Assembly (NCBI GenBank): GCA_043806035.1
Contig: JAZDHK010000001.1
Coordinates: forward strand, 1-64,000
Origin: an archaeon
Lineage (GTDB): Archaea; Nanobdellota; Nanobdellia; Woesearchaeales; UBA9642
DNA length: 64,000 bases
Direction of reading: 5' to 3'
Shown: positions 17,390-28,446 of the stretch, one piece after another
How the letters are laid out: every line of letters starts with the position of its first letter
Position numbering within the stretch: the first letter of the stretch is position 1
Notes under the pieces: generated by a model
What the model saw: only the letters and a program-made list of their open reading frames with translations
Told to the model about the DNA's origin: nothing
Database searches by the model: none
Translations under genes and position numbers: made by a program

Positions 17390-20077
17390 ATGATCACCTT
17401 TCAGGACAAGCCATACGTGGACGAAGAGACGAGAGCAGTCCTCAATCCACTCGTCAACGAATGGTTCTTCAGCAAATTCACTGAATTTGCAGCCCCGCAA
17501 AAATTCTCCATTCTCAACATCCACAAACGCAAAAACATGCTCATCTCTTCGCCCACGGGATCGGGAAAGACGCTTTCTGCCTTCACCACCATCCTCAGCG
17601 AACTCATCACGCTGAGCGAGCACGGCAATCTCGAGGATAAGCTGTACTGCATCTATGTCAGCCCGCTCAAGGCGTTAAGCAACGACATCGCTAAAAACTT
17701 ACAAGAACCCCTCGAGGAAATGACTGCCATGGCAAAGAAGCACGGCAAGGAAATATGCATACGTGTGGGCACACGCACAGGGGACACCACTACTGCTGAA
17801 CGGGCGAAGATGCTCAAAAAACCGCCGCACATCCTCATCACCACTCCTGAAAGTCTCGCAATTATCCTCTCCTCGACAAAATTCAGGGAGACCTTGTCTT
17901 CCGTGCAATGGGTCATCATCGACGAAATCCATAGCATGGCCAACAGCAAACGCGGCGTGCACTTAAGTCTTAGCCTCGAGCGGCTGCAAACCCTTGCCAG
18001 CTTCACCAGGATAGGATTGTCTGCAACCGTCTCCCCGCTCGACAAAGTGGCACAATTCCTCGTCGGGATAGAGGATCCTCGTGAGCTCAAGTATCGCGAC
18101 TGCATCGTAGTGGACGTGCAATACCTTAAGAAACTTGACCTGAACGTGCTCAGCCCGGTAGAGAATCTCATCGACACGCCCTTTCAGGACGTGCACAAGA
18201 AAATGTACGAGCTCATCCACAAGCTCATTCAAGATCACAAGACGACGCTCATCTTCACCAACACGAGAAGTGCAACGGAAAGAGTTGTGCACTACCTCAA
18301 AGATAAATTTCCTGGCAGCTACCTGAAAGTCAACGAAGATAAGGACGAAGCGAAAGCGGAGAAGAAGGAAGGAGTGGAAACCAGCTACATCGGCGCGCAT
18401 CACGGGAGCCTGAGCAAAGAACACCGATTCAATATCGAGAACAGGCTCAAGGAAGGCAAGCTCAAATGCGTCGTCTGCTCCACCTCTCTTGAGCTCGGCA
18501 TCGACATCGGCTACATTGACCTCGTTATCCTGCTCGGCAGCCCCAAAAGCGTAGCCAGAGCCCTGCAACGAATAGGCAGGTCGGGGCACAAACTGCATGA
18601 TACGGCAAAAGGCAGGATCATCGTCCTCGATAGAGACGATCTCGTGGAATGCTCTGTCCTGTTGAAGGCGGCAATGGAGAAGAAGATAGACCAGATTGAC
18701 ATTCCCATGAACTGCCTGGATGTTCTGGCACAGCAACTGTTCGGCATGGCCCTCGACCGACAATGGCCCGTCGAAGAACTCTACTATCTCGTCAAGAGGA
18801 GCTATTGCTACCACGAACTGCCGAAAGAGGACTTCATTGAGGTCATCCGTTATTTGAGCGGGGAATATGCCAGCCTCGAGGACAGGAATGTCTATGCAAA
18901 GATTTGGTTCGACAAGGAAACGGGCATGATCGGCAAGCGAGGCAAGCTTGCCCGCGTCCTCTACATGACAAATGTGGGGACAATTCCTGATGAGACTGCC
19001 GTCAAAGTGAAAGTCAAGGACCAATTCATCGGCAGGATCGACGAGCAATTCCTTGAGCGGCTCAAGCGAGGGGACGTCTTCGTTCTGGGAGGGAACACGT
19101 ACGAATTCCTCTATAGTCAGGGCATGACGGCGTTCGTCAAGGCAAGCATCAACAGGCCCCCAACCGTTCCTTCCTGGTTCAGCGAAATGCTCCCGCTCAG
19201 CTTCGACCTCGCACTGGAAATACAAAAATTCAGAAGATACTTGGAAGAGCATTTTGATGCAGGAACGTCCATGGAGGACATGCTCAAGTTCATCCACAGC
19301 TATCTCTACGTTGACGAATTTGGGGCCAGAGCAATCTACCACTACCTGCACGAACAGTATCTTTTCTCGGAGATAAGCCATGACAAAAAGATAGTCATCG
19401 AACACTATGCTGATGAAAAGAGCAAGTACATTATCTTTCATACCCTCTTCGGCAGGAGAACCAACGACGTGCTCGCCAGAGCGGTCGGCTTTGCAATAGG
19501 ACAGATACAAGGAAAGGATGTCGAGATGAATATCAGTGACGTCGGCTTTTTCATCAGGACAACGCAGGCAGTGCAGGCATCCCGTGCGTTGAAGCTCATC
19601 AAGAGCACGCAACTCAGGGATATCATGAACACTGCTCTTGAGAAGACAGAGATTCTCGGCAGAAGATTCAGGCACTGCGCGACACGAGCATTGATGATTC
19701 TGCGAAGTTATAGAGGAAGGACGAAGAGCGTCGGCAGGCAGCAGATGAGCTCGCGCCTGCTCATCACCGCAGTAAAAAAGATCAGCCCTGACTTTCCCAT
19801 CCTCAAAGAGGCCAGAAGAGAGGTGCTCGAAGACCTCATGGACATCGCTCATGCAGAACAGGTCCTCAAGTGGATCGAGTCTGGCAGGATACAGCTCAAG
19901 GAGACGCATGGAGACCTGCCAAGCCCGTTTGCCTTTAACTTGATCGCGTCAGGATATGCTGATATCATGAAGATAGAGGACAAGGCAGAATTCCTGCGGC
20001 GAATGCACATGAATATCCTTGCCAAGATTAGCCTGAAGAAAGGACAAAAGTCGGAAGAGTCGTGGGAGTCAGAGTGA
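17390..20077 (+). CDS. lhr: Lhr-family ATP-dependent helicase
   Basis: SPTGSGKT, ITTPESL, DEIH, RIGLSAT, HHGSLS, LELGIDIG, QRIGRSGH. Confidence 0.93.
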   Translation: MITFQDKPYVDEETRAVLNPLVNEWFFSKFTEFAAPQKFSILNIHKRKNMLISSPTGSGKTLSAFTTILSELITLSEHGNLEDKLYCIYVSPLKALSNDIAKNLQEPLEEMTAMAKKHGKEICIRVGTRTGDTTTAERAKMLKKPPHILITTPESLAIILSSTKFRETLSSVQWVIIDEIHSMANSKRGVHLSLSLERLQTLASFTRIGLSATVSPLDKVAQFLVGIEDPRELKYRDCIVVDVQYLKKLDLNVLSPVENLIDTPFQDVHKKMYELIHKLIQDHKTTLIFTNTRSATERVVHYLKDKFPGSYLKVNEDKDEAKAEKKEGVETSYIGAHHGSLSKEHRFNIENRLKEGKLKCVVCSTSLELGIDIGYIDLVILLGSPKSVARALQRIGRSGHKLHDTAKGRIIVLDRDDLVECSVLLKAAMEKKIDQIDIPMNCLDVLAQQLFGMALDRQWPVEELYYLVKRSYCYHELPKEDFIEVIRYLSGEYASLEDRNVYAKIWFDKETGMIGKRGKLARVLYMTNVGTIPDETAVKVKVKDQFIGRIDEQFLERLKRGDVFVLGGNTYEFLYSQGMTAFVKASINRPPTVPSWFSEMLPLSFDLALEIQKFRRYLEEHFDAGTSMEDMLKFIHSYLYVDEFGARAIYHYLHEQYLFSEISHDKKIVIEHYADEKSKYIIFHTLFGRRTNDVLARAVGFAIGQIQGKDVEMNISDVGFFIRTTQAVQASRALKLIKSTQLRDIMNTALEKTEILGRRFRHCATRALMILRSYRGRTKSVGRQQMSSRLLITAVKKISPDFPILKEARREVLEDLMDIAHAEQVLKWIESGRIQLKETHGDLPSPFAFNLIASGYADIMKIEDKAEFLRRMHMNILAKISLKKGQKSEESWESE

Positions 20078-20716
20078 CTCGCCCGTCTCCAGTATTCTTT
20101 GCTTGAGCAGTGCTGCCTGCTCATACGCTTCTTCCTGCAGGACATCATCCAATTCCCGTCGTAACGCGCATGATTTTGGAAAGCGCTCTGGATTGCAGTC
20201 AATGTATTTTGTTGTCGAGTCATACATGTCTCTTTCAGAGAGCAGCAGGCACATGAATCCGGCGCTGCGCAAGGCGACTTCTTGCTGTTCCTGCGTGCGC
20301 TGCTGCGTGATGGTTTCTATCTTGACATACTGGTAGAGTTGCTTGTTCTGCCTGAGCAGGACGAGCCCTTCCCTCCCTTTTCTTGCAAAGTAGGAGTGTG
20401 TGGGATCGTGGTGATGCTCGTTCAGGAGCAACTCGGCAGCATCCTCTCCGATGATGGGCAACCCTGAGTGCGTGTAGCCTTCCTCTTCATGGGCAGTGCC
20501 TGCTGCATCGAGAAGAAAGTAGCTGTTGATTGCGTACAGCAGGGATACGTCCTTGCAGTAGTCTCTTGTCAGGATTTCCAGCATGGGAACGATACGCCCG
20601 TTCTCCTGTCGCAGATGCATGATGCCTTGCACGAGATAGGTGAGCAAATCCATACCGCCTTTGCCATTCAGCACGAGATCGACATCACGTTGCCTTACCT
20701 GATGAAGTAGTTTCAT
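20069..20716 (-). CDS. Hypothetical protein with C-terminal UvrB/UvrC (UVR) motif
   Basis: LRRELDDVLQEEAYEQAALLKQRI. Confidence 0.6.
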   Translation of the reverse strand: MKLLHQVRQRDVDLVLNGKGGMDLLTYLVQGIMHLRQENGRIVPMLEILTRDYCKDVSLLYAINSYFLLDAAGTAHEEEGYTHSGLPIIGEDAAELLLNEHHHDPTHSYFARKGREGLVLLRQNKQLYQYVKIETITQQRTQEQQEVALRSAGFMCLLLSERDMYDSTTKYIDCNPERFPKSCALRRELDDVLQEEAYEQAALLKQRILETGESL

Positions 20717-20793
20717 GGCGGTTAGTAAATGTACGTAGCTTTAAAAATGTTTTCAATTGTAACTACTCAATGATGAAAAATAATCTGCATTAT

Positions 20794-22785
20794 TCACTTT
20801 TTTGCATATGAGGCAATGATATATTTCGAAAGCATGCCCTTCAGCTCATTCCTTCTTCCCACTGCATCGATGACCGGCTTGCCAGGCATGACTTCAACAT
20901 ACGTGAGTATGGTAGGATGCATTGCATACTTCTCGATCTGGCCTCCCGCCAGAGCAATGACACGAGGACCCGCAAAGCCATACCACGCTCCTTTTTCTGC
21001 CAGCGTGATGATGCCTTGGCTGCCGAAGCTTGCAGGTGTCCCCCCGAACGTAGGGTTTGCAATGACGACAAAGTACGGGATTTTTCCCTCGATCTGGGAG
21101 AGCGTCGCCATGCTCTTCTCCATCATTTTCAGGGAAAGAATGCTCTCCTGCATGCGCGCTCCGCCTGTCGAAGTTATGACTACCAATGGCTGCTTCCGTT
21201 TGAGCGCATACTCTGCAGCCTTCTGGAATTTCATCCCGACATCCATGCTCAACGACCCACCCAAAAAGTAGAATTCCATGGCAGCAAACGTGACCGGCAG
21301 ACCCTGTATGCTACCTTCTGCAGTGACGAGCGCACTGTTCAACCCGAGCTTTTCCTGGATTTCCTTATTCTTCTGCACGTATTCCTCCGTATGATAGATG
21401 GTGCTCGTGATCAGGCCAAGATCGAGCTCTTCATTGAATTCCTGAAGCCGTGTGCCCCTGTCGTTGAATACCCGTATCCAGTCGTGGGCGGGCAGCGTCG
21501 GCCCCCAGCCGCATTCAGGACAGCTGTAATGATTGTCCTTGAACACGTCAAAAGGAATGGTCGCGTGGCATTCTCTCGTCTTTGTTGTGAGCAAAATATC
21601 TCTGACGCGCTGCCTGTACTCTTCATGATTACGGATTTTTCCCATCCGAAAGGCACGCTGCAATTTTTCCATTTCAGCAGTATTCACTTCCACGATGATG
21701 CCTGGCTGCTGAACTCGCTTATCGCCCTCATACCCACACCGTATGGCAGCCGTATCATCAGAACCGCTCCGCTTGGCAAGCTCCTGAAATTCAGTCAGCA
21801 TGTAGTAACTCCGCAACTGCTCGACATCCGAGGACAGTTGCTTGATGTCTTTCGCCTCTATGCCTTGGTTTTTGGCGATGATCGCTGCAGCAATCTTCCG
21901 TCTTCTCCTCCTGAACAGTTGAGTGCTCCGCTGTGCAAACGGCAATTCTCCGCCATAGCTCAAGGCCTGCTGCAGCCTGCTCCTTATGGGAGAGCTGATG
22001 TGGTGGATGATGCTCTTCCTTTTCTTTTGGAAATCGACGAATACCTGTGCCAATGCCTGATCAATGTTGAGCAGCGTCTGCCTATACCCTTGTTCCTTCT
22101 CCAGATGCGCCCCGCCAGGATATTCAGGGATGATGGACGTGATGACCTTCGCCTCAAGAAGGTCCTGTGCCGTCGGTTTCATGATCTCGACTGCTTTGTC
22201 GATATGCTCGTTCGTCCGCCACAGAATGGAACTGCAATGCGGAGGGGCAATGACGTAATAATTGGCGTATTCCATCATCAGCGCAATATCGCTCACTTGA
22301 TTGGACAATGCACCGCCGCTTCCCCCCTTGCGCAGGATGAGTGAAGCAATATACGTTTTGAGATTGAGCAACGTCTTGATGTTGTTCGCGATGAGCCAGG
22401 ACTGCCCCATCAGCGCTGCCGACGTCCCTGCAAAGCCACCTTCTGTATTGACGATAGTGAGTACGTCTAGGTTCTCCTTTTCCGCACGCAGGTATGTCTC
22501 GTTTGCATGCCTCAGGCTTTCCGGCATAAGCAGTCGATCATTCTGGGCGACAACGACAATGGTGTTCGTCTTGTTGTCGTTCGTGAATGTTGCCGTCCCT
22601 GTGTAAAGTATGCGTTCGTCCTTGCTCATGCCTCCTTTGGCAGAATCCCAATCCACCCATGACGAAAAGTGAGGGAGCAGACCCGCACTGATGCCCTCGA
22701 TCACATCCTTTGTCCTAATTGAGTCAGGATGCAGAGAAATCTCATATGCTGCCAATCGATCGGTGGAATCAGTCATGGACTTCAC
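20794..22785 (-). CDS. Fused acyl-CoA carboxylase carboxyltransferase, alpha (N-term) + beta (C-term)
   Basis: AccA-like GGSGGAL, YYVIAPPHCSSILW, IIPEYPGGAH; AccD-like CPECG, FLGGSLS, TGGARMQES, PTFGGTPASF, GFAGPRVI. Confidence 0.85.
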   Translation of the reverse strand: MKSMTDSTDRLAAYEISLHPDSIRTKDVIEGISAGLLPHFSSWVDWDSAKGGMSKDERILYTGTATFTNDNKTNTIVVVAQNDRLLMPESLRHANETYLRAEKENLDVLTIVNTEGGFAGTSAALMGQSWLIANNIKTLLNLKTYIASLILRKGGSGGALSNQVSDIALMMEYANYYVIAPPHCSSILWRTNEHIDKAVEIMKPTAQDLLEAKVITSIIPEYPGGAHLEKEQGYRQTLLNIDQALAQVFVDFQKKRKSIIHHISSPIRSRLQQALSYGGELPFAQRSTQLFRRRRRKIAAAIIAKNQGIEAKDIKQLSSDVEQLRSYYMLTEFQELAKRSGSDDTAAIRCGYEGDKRVQQPGIIVEVNTAEMEKLQRAFRMGKIRNHEEYRQRVRDILLTTKTRECHATIPFDVFKDNHYSCPECGWGPTLPAHDWIRVFNDRGTRLQEFNEELDLGLITSTIYHTEEYVQKNKEIQEKLGLNSALVTAEGSIQGLPVTFAAMEFYFLGGSLSMDVGMKFQKAAEYALKRKQPLVVITSTGGARMQESILSLKMMEKSMATLSQIEGKIPYFVVIANPTFGGTPASFGSQGIITLAEKGAWYGFAGPRVIALAGGQIEKYAMHPTILTYVEVMPGKPVIDAVGRRNELKGMLSKYIIASYAKK

Positions 22786-23701
22786 GCCGCGTCACGATGT
22801 TTCCTCTGCCCTTCTTGAATTTTCTCACCTTGCCATCGTGCTCGAGCTCAGAAATGATGAGACTTATCTTCGCCTCGCTGATGAGCGGGAACGCCTGCCT
22901 GACGTCTTTCTGCGTCGTGGGGCTGTGTGACCTGATGAACTGCTTGATAAGCGTACGGTCATCATCACGTGCAGGCTTCTCTTTTTCCACTACTGCTTCA
23001 GCGGGCACGGCAGCATCAACGCTATACGTTTGCAGTGGCGTTTGTAGCGGGACGGTGGTGCTTGCCTCTTCAGGCGTGATGCGAACGATGGTCTGCGGCT
23101 GGACGAGAGGTTTTTCTGGTTCTGTGCGGCTGGCCTGTATTTCCTTGAGCCGTTCTTCACGCTCCTCCCGCAGGTGGTTGATGTACTCTTTGAGCTCGTC
23201 CTGGTGCTGCTCAAGCCGTCTTTTTTCCTTATAGATTACGATGAAGAATGCTGCGCCGAGCAGGATGAAGATGGCAATGATGCTGATGACGAGTATGATG
23301 ATGATCGTGGTGAGGTTATTGTTCTGATCCTGGAGAAACGCCGCGGGAGTGAATGCCTCATCGTCAACGATGCGTTCATCGGTAACGGGGAAGAGGATGA
23401 TATCCCTACTGTACGATCCGTCTTTGATGATGACAATATCCTCTGTCGCAGAGAATGAGTTGTCATTTGTCGTTGCCGTGATGGTGTAGCTGCCAGGTTC
23501 TAGAGAGAAGCGATAGGTTGCAGATTTTGCCAGGATGCTTTGCTGCGGTGTCGTGTTGATGGAAACAAGGACGTCCCGTGCAGGCTCCAGCGCATAGTCA
23601 TAGATGTTGCCCTGAATGGACGCGGCATGCACTGCAGGAAGCAGGACAAGCAATAGGACTGCGCTGCAGAGAAAGCGATTTCTCTTATGTCCACACCCCA
23701 T
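22769..23701 (-). CDS. Membrane-anchored protein with extracellular beta-sandwich and C-terminal winged-HTH
   Basis: Signal peptide, one TM, TTQKDVRQAFPLISEAKISLIISELEHDGKVRKFKKGRGN. Confidence 0.75.
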   Translation of the reverse strand: MGCGHKRNRFLCSAVLLLVLLPAVHAASIQGNIYDYALEPARDVLVSINTTPQQSILAKSATYRFSLEPGSYTITATTNDNSFSATEDIVIIKDGSYSRDIILFPVTDERIVDDEAFTPAAFLQDQNNNLTTIIIILVISIIAIFILLGAAFFIVIYKEKRRLEQHQDELKEYINHLREEREERLKEIQASRTEPEKPLVQPQTIVRITPEEASTTVPLQTPLQTYSVDAAVPAEAVVEKEKPARDDDRTLIKQFIRSHSPTTQKDVRQAFPLISEAKISLIISELEHDGKVRKFKKGRGNIVTRREVHD

Positions 23702-24003
23702 AACTCCTCTTGTGTAGTTATACTATAAATAATTTGTCATTTTTTCGGAGAAACAAGAGGGCCGATACATTTCTTTTTTTCTCTTCCAACCTTCATTCTC
23801 ATTCGTTTCTTGCTCTGAAGCTTTTTTAAACTTTTTATACGTATTCGAAGTTTTTTTGAACTTTTTCCCGCACTTTCCGCTCTGATAGAATAAGTAATTT
23901 TATTAAGTAGTGTTCGGAATGTCATTGCAAAAAGGCGAACGCCTTTGCTATACATTGCCAACATCCTGCATGAACAACTCATGCATGAACAGGAGGAATG
24001 CAC

Positions 24004-25398
24004 ATGAAACGACTGATCGCACTGTTTTTGTTTTGTCTACTTGCCCTGTCCCTCGCACTGTACGGCGTAGCTGCAGAGAATGCACAAACAGGAGTATCTG
24101 ATGACACTGCAGGCAACGCCGCCGACAAAACGGACACGAGCGCGCTCACGGCAAGCTCAGAAACCATGGACGACAACTTCGTCAGCGTGAGCAGTGAGGC
24201 TGCCACGACAATAGATGCAAGCACCACGCTCGAGGATTGCAAGGAAAAACTCAAGCAATACTACCCTCGTGTACAAGCAGACAGACTGGAGAAACAATGC
24301 CTCCTGCTCAATCGAAACTTACGACCCGCAGCGATGCCGGTCCTATACGAACTAAAAGCAAAAGAACGTAACGCGTGGGTGGCAATAGAGAGCGAGATCA
24401 AGCAGAAGTTCGGAGAGATCGTGAGCAACATCACTCCTGAAGAGAAGAAGAAGCTCGTGCTCATGAACAGAGAACAGCTCAGCAAGTTCATGGAACAAAA
24501 AAAGGCATTGAACAGCTACCGCCTCCAGGCAATAGACAATGCCGAAACCTACTACAAGGCAAGGCAAGTGACTGCTGAGAAACGCAAGCAACACCTCCAG
24601 AACTATGATTATGCAAAAGAGCAATTCAAGCAATTGCGCGAGGCATATGCTGAGAAGAATGCGGAGTTCAAAGACCTTCTCCAGTCAGCAAAGGACTGCA
24701 CAGAAAACTGCACGGATGTGCAGAATAGCAGTTTTGCCGCCGCCAAGGACAGCCTGCTCAAGCTGGCAGACATGATGCAATCATCGATCGAACAAGTCAA
24801 GGAGAAACTGCTCTCCTCAGAAGATTTGAGCGAAGCCAGTGTTGACGAAAGCACTGCAAGAATCGATGCACTGCTCCAGTCCGTCCAGGATGCCAGAGCA
24901 AAGATAGAGCTTGCATCAACCAAGGACGAGCTCAAGGCAGCAGGCAAGGATCTCATCAGCATCTGGAAGGAGGTTGGTGCTCGCCTGCGCCTTCATGAAG
25001 CAAAACTCTTCGCGGCAGAAATCAACACAGTCATCATCCGGGCAAAATTCCTCGAAGGCAGGATGAACAACATCATCACCTATCTCAAGGACAAGCAGAT
25101 AGATACGACGCCTTTCGAGAGCCAGATCGAGGAGTTCAGTACACATATCGAGGCGGCACGCAGCAACTACGACGACGCCATGACCCTCTTGCGCCAGGCC
25201 TGGCAAGGAACGGACAGGGCAGATGCCGTCCAGAAAGCACACACATTGCTCAAGGATGCGCGGCAAGAATTGCAGGAAGCACACGTGAATGTGCAGGCAG
25301 TCGTCGCCTATGCGCGCACCAGCGGCGTCAACCTCGCTACCGTTGAAGCGCCGCAGGAAATCCTCATCGAGGAAACGAACGACGTACTTGCGTCCTAA
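24004..25398 (+). CDS. Secreted coiled-coil protein
   Basis: Signal peptide; long helical A/E/K/Q-rich body. Confidence 0.7.
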   Translation: MKRLIALFLFCLLALSLALYGVAAENAQTGVSDDTAGNAADKTDTSALTASSETMDDNFVSVSSEAATTIDASTTLEDCKEKLKQYYPRVQADRLEKQCLLLNRNLRPAAMPVLYELKAKERNAWVAIESEIKQKFGEIVSNITPEEKKKLVLMNREQLSKFMEQKKALNSYRLQAIDNAETYYKARQVTAEKRKQHLQNYDYAKEQFKQLREAYAEKNAEFKDLLQSAKDCTENCTDVQNSSFAAAKDSLLKLADMMQSSIEQVKEKLLSSEDLSEASVDESTARIDALLQSVQDARAKIELASTKDELKAAGKDLISIWKEVGARLRLHEAKLFAAEINTVIIRAKFLEGRMNNIITYLKDKQIDTTPFESQIEEFSTHIEAARSNYDDAMTLLRQAWQGTDRADAVQKAHTLLKDARQELQEAHVNVQAVVAYARTSGVNLATVEAPQEILIEETNDVLAS

Positions 25399-25453
25399 GT
25401 TTATCGTAATCTTTTTAAACATTCTTTTTTTTAGACGTGTCAGGGTGATATCT

Positions 25454-25678
25454 ATGAAATGGATTGCGGTCATATTGCTTCTGTTTGTCCTGAGCGCTTG
25501 CGCAAAAGTTGCTGACACGAGAGATCAACAGCCGATTAACAATCAGCAGATAGATACTCAACAACCTGCAGACCAGGCAAACGACCAATCAGCAGAGCTG
25601 ACCTTGCCGCAAGTTGCAGAGCCTGAAGAGACTGCAATTGATACGAGTTCGCTGGAAACTGATCTTGACCAGTGGTAG
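25454..25678 (+). CDS. Small lipoprotein
   Basis: GGTGA RBS; MKWIAVILLLFVLSAC lipobox. Confidence 0.7.
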   Translation: MKWIAVILLLFVLSACAKVADTRDQQPINNQQIDTQQPADQANDQSAELTLPQVAEPEETAIDTSSLETDLDQW

Positions 25679-25737
25679 CAGCAACTAGCAAAAATAACAA
25701 CGTTTAAATACAAGCGTACAGCTCAACATGCAACGGG

Positions 25738-26781
25738 ATGCAACTCGGTCTTACTTTCAATGATGTTCTGCTCGTTCCAAAACGTAATATAGTGAGTTCT
25801 CGTTCTGACGTCGATACCACGACACAACTCACGAGAAACAGAACTCTGGGCATACCCCTGCTCGGCGCAAGCATGGACACCGTAACAGAAGCAGGTATGG
25901 CCATAGCCCTTGCGCGAGAAGGAGGTCTGGGCATCATCCATCGCTTCCTCACTGTTGAAGAAGAGGTCGCTGAGGTGAAGAAAGTCAAAGACCAGCAGCT
26001 TCTCGTCGGTGCGGCAATAGGTATCAATGGCGACTACTTCCAGAGAGTCGATGCGCTCGTCGCTGCTGGCGCTGACGTGCTCAGCCTTGACGTGGCTCAC
26101 GGTCATGCAGACGATGTCATTATTGCGGTGCAGGCGATAAAGAAAAAGTATCCGAGCGTCGACCTTATCGTGGGCAACGTAGCTACTGCAGTAGGAGCGA
26201 AAGACCTCATCGATGCAGGCGCTGACGCCATCAAAGTTGGTGTCGGTCCGGGCAGTACGTGCACGACGAGAGTAGTCACGGGCGCAGGCGTTCCTCAACT
26301 GACGGCAATCATGGATTGCGCTACCGTTTGCATTCCTGCGGGAATTCCACTCATCGCTGACGGTGGCATTCAGACGTCAGGAGATATCGCCAAAGCATTG
26401 ACTGCAGGAGCTTCTTCAGTCATGTGCGGCAACGTTTTTGCGGGAACGGACGAGGCGCCGGGAATACTCATCGAGATGAACCGCCGAAAATTCAAATTGT
26501 TCAGGGGCATGGCGAGCAGATCAGCGACCGTCGACTATTACAAGAAGAACGGTGACAGCATGGGCTTCGAGAAACTAATCATGCCTGAAGGCGTGCAGGC
26601 GATGGTGGAATACAAAGGGTCCGTGCGGGACATCGTGCAGAAACTTGTTGCAGGGCTGCGTTCTGGCATCAGCTACTGCGGAGCAAAAGACATTCTCAGT
26701 ATGCGCAAGAACGCGGAGTTCATCAGGATAACGGAAGCAGGCTACAAAGAAAGCCTGCCGCACCACGTGGAATTCTCTTAA
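25738..26781 (+). CDS. guaB: IMP dehydrogenase/GMP reductase family, no CBS domains
   Basis: [46 protein letters not shown]. Confidence 0.88.
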   Translation: MQLGLTFNDVLLVPKRNIVSSRSDVDTTTQLTRNRTLGIPLLGASMDTVTEAGMAIALAREGGLGIIHRFLTVEEEVAEVKKVKDQQLLVGAAIGINGDYFQRVDALVAAGADVLSLDVAHGHADDVIIAVQAIKKKYPSVDLIVGNVATAVGAKDLIDAGADAIKVGVGPGSTCTTRVVTGAGVPQLTAIMDCATVCIPAGIPLIADGGIQTSGDIAKALTAGASSVMCGNVFAGTDEAPGILIEMNRRKFKLFRGMASRSATVDYYKKNGDSMGFEKLIMPEGVQAMVEYKGSVRDIVQKLVAGLRSGISYCGAKDILSMRKNAEFIRITEAGYKESLPHHVEFS

Positions 26782-26834
26782 GCGTACGTACGCTGTGGGT
26801 ACATTTATATGCCATTCTGCATTCCTCTCTTCTC

Positions 26835-27335
26835 ATGGGACTTTCTTCATGCCCTGAGATTCTTGTCCAGAAAAAGACAAGGTACGATCCTACTCTTGCT
26901 GATCGAGTGAATAGTGAGAAACTTCTGGACAAGAATACAGCAACAACAAGAGAAGCAACCGACGAGAGTGTAGCTGCACTTATCAAGAGGTTGCAGGAGC
27001 ATTTCCCTCAAGACTGGACGAGAACTGACGAAACAGAGACCGAGAGAGCATACAAGGACAGATTTGACAACTACTATCCCGAATATGTGGTGAACATACT
27101 GACGTTGGAAAGTATGATGGGAGACGTGACCATTACTCTTTCCCAAAGAACACCTGACCGACCAGATCCACTATATACTATCCCTCCGACGTACGACCTG
27201 AAGTTTGTTCGATATAACAAGGAATTGTTATCGTTGCGTCACCTGACCAATTCTGAGTTCAACGCAGAAAACTCAGAACTTACCAAGAAGTTCTTTGAGC
27301 GCGCTGAAAGAGCCTATCAAGGAAGGAATACGTAA
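26835..27335 (+). CDS. Hypothetical protein
   Basis: 166-aa ORF filling the intergenic gap. Confidence 0.6.
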   Translation: MGLSSCPEILVQKKTRYDPTLADRVNSEKLLDKNTATTREATDESVAALIKRLQEHFPQDWTRTDETETERAYKDRFDNYYPEYVVNILTLESMMGDVTITLSQRTPDRPDPLYTIPPTYDLKFVRYNKELLSLRHLTNSEFNAENSELTKKFFERAERAYQGRNT

Positions 27336-27357
27336 CTGCTCAAGATTACCCACTGAG

Positions 27358-27633
27358 CTAGAGTTCAAACTCCTCGATGAATCCTTTGATGAGCGCGTAT
27401 TTTTCTAGGAATGCAAATCCCTTGTCGCTTAGTGTAATGTACGTCTTGCCTTGGTTGTCCGTAATTTGCCTGATGAATTCTTTTGCGAGCAGCTCGTCGA
27501 AATAGTATATGAAGCTCTGGCTGGAGAGATTGGTCTTGCGAAGAAGGGGTGTCCGCTTTATGGAATTATGATGATCTCGGATGACACACAGGAAGTCAAA
27601 GATGACCTCTAGCCGATCTCTTTTCTTGTTCAT
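27358..27633 (-). CDS. Archaeal winged-HTH regulator
   Basis: KRDRLEVIFDFL, RKTNLS, ITLSDKGFAFL. Confidence 0.8.
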   Translation of the reverse strand: MNKKRDRLEVIFDFLCVIRDHHNSIKRTPLLRKTNLSSQSFIYYFDELLAKEFIRQITDNQGKTYITLSDKGFAFLEKYALIKGFIEEFEL

Positions 27634-28337
27634 TTCACCCACTTAGCGACCTTGTAATAGATGAAGAAGAATATGCCAAGCGATGCAACGTGCAATGCGA
27701 TGCTGACCTCAAACGGTATGAACTGTCGAGGACTCCGTATGTCAAACAGGCTGATGAGCCAGAACAGCGCAAGTAGGAAGTAGATGGTTCGCGTGTTCGT
27801 CCTCTTCTCATCCCTGCTCTGTTTCTTTCCCTTGACGCGCGTGTTTATGACCAGCATGATTCCCAGCAGCACGCTTTGGATGAGCGACAATAGTAGGGGA
27901 GAGATGGAGATGAATGCGACGATGGCAACGATGAGCGAGATGATGTTCGCCCAAGTGAGGAATTGTTCCACGCTGATCTTTTTGTGGATGGGGCCATACG
28001 TGAGATAGAGAATTGCCATGGTGCTGAAATACGCAACGACCAAATTGGAGATGGGCAGTACGAATCCCGGACCCCGTACGTGCTCGACAATGAACAGGTC
28101 GCCGACAAGCATGATGTACAGCAGCAGCCGTGACGCATAGGCCAGACCAAAAAACAGGAATGCAAACCTGAAAAACTGGATGCCCTTGTACTTGGTGAGG
28201 AGATAAATCTCTCTCGTCTTGAAGAACACGAGGAAGCAAAGGAGGAGTATGATAAGCGTGTACGCTGCCTCAAGCAAGAAACCAGCAGGCATGAACGGTG
28301 GCGGCATAGATGTCACTCCCAACGAGCACATACACAA
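27630..28337 (-). CDS. Multi-pass membrane protein, possible sensor
   Basis: About 7 hydrophobic segments; overlaps the wHTH start; start uncertain. Confidence 0.7.
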   Translation of the reverse strand: MCMCSLGVTSMPPPFMPAGFLLEAAYTLIILLLCFLVFFKTREIYLLTKYKGIQFFRFAFLFFGLAYASRLLLYIMLVGDLFIVEHVRGPGFVLPISNLVVAYFSTMAILYLTYGPIHKKISVEQFLTWANIISLIVAIVAFISISPLLLSLIQSVLLGIMLVINTRVKGKKQSRDEKRTNTRTIYFLLALFWLISLFDIRSPRQFIPFEVSIALHVASLGIFFFIYYKVAKWVK

Positions 28338-28446
28338 ACATATTTATAAATGCGATGGAGGTGCAGTATACATTTTTCCTTCTCTTTCTTTTTATACCTG
28401 TGCTTTTGTCTATGGGCGGGCATATGTGTTGCTTGGAGGAGAAACT

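Noticed and set aside
17963-19909. 648-aa antisense ORF, and similar ones at 20917-22344, 37993-39165 and 61528-62748
   Set aside because: Shadow frames opposite well-supported genes; no recognisable motifs
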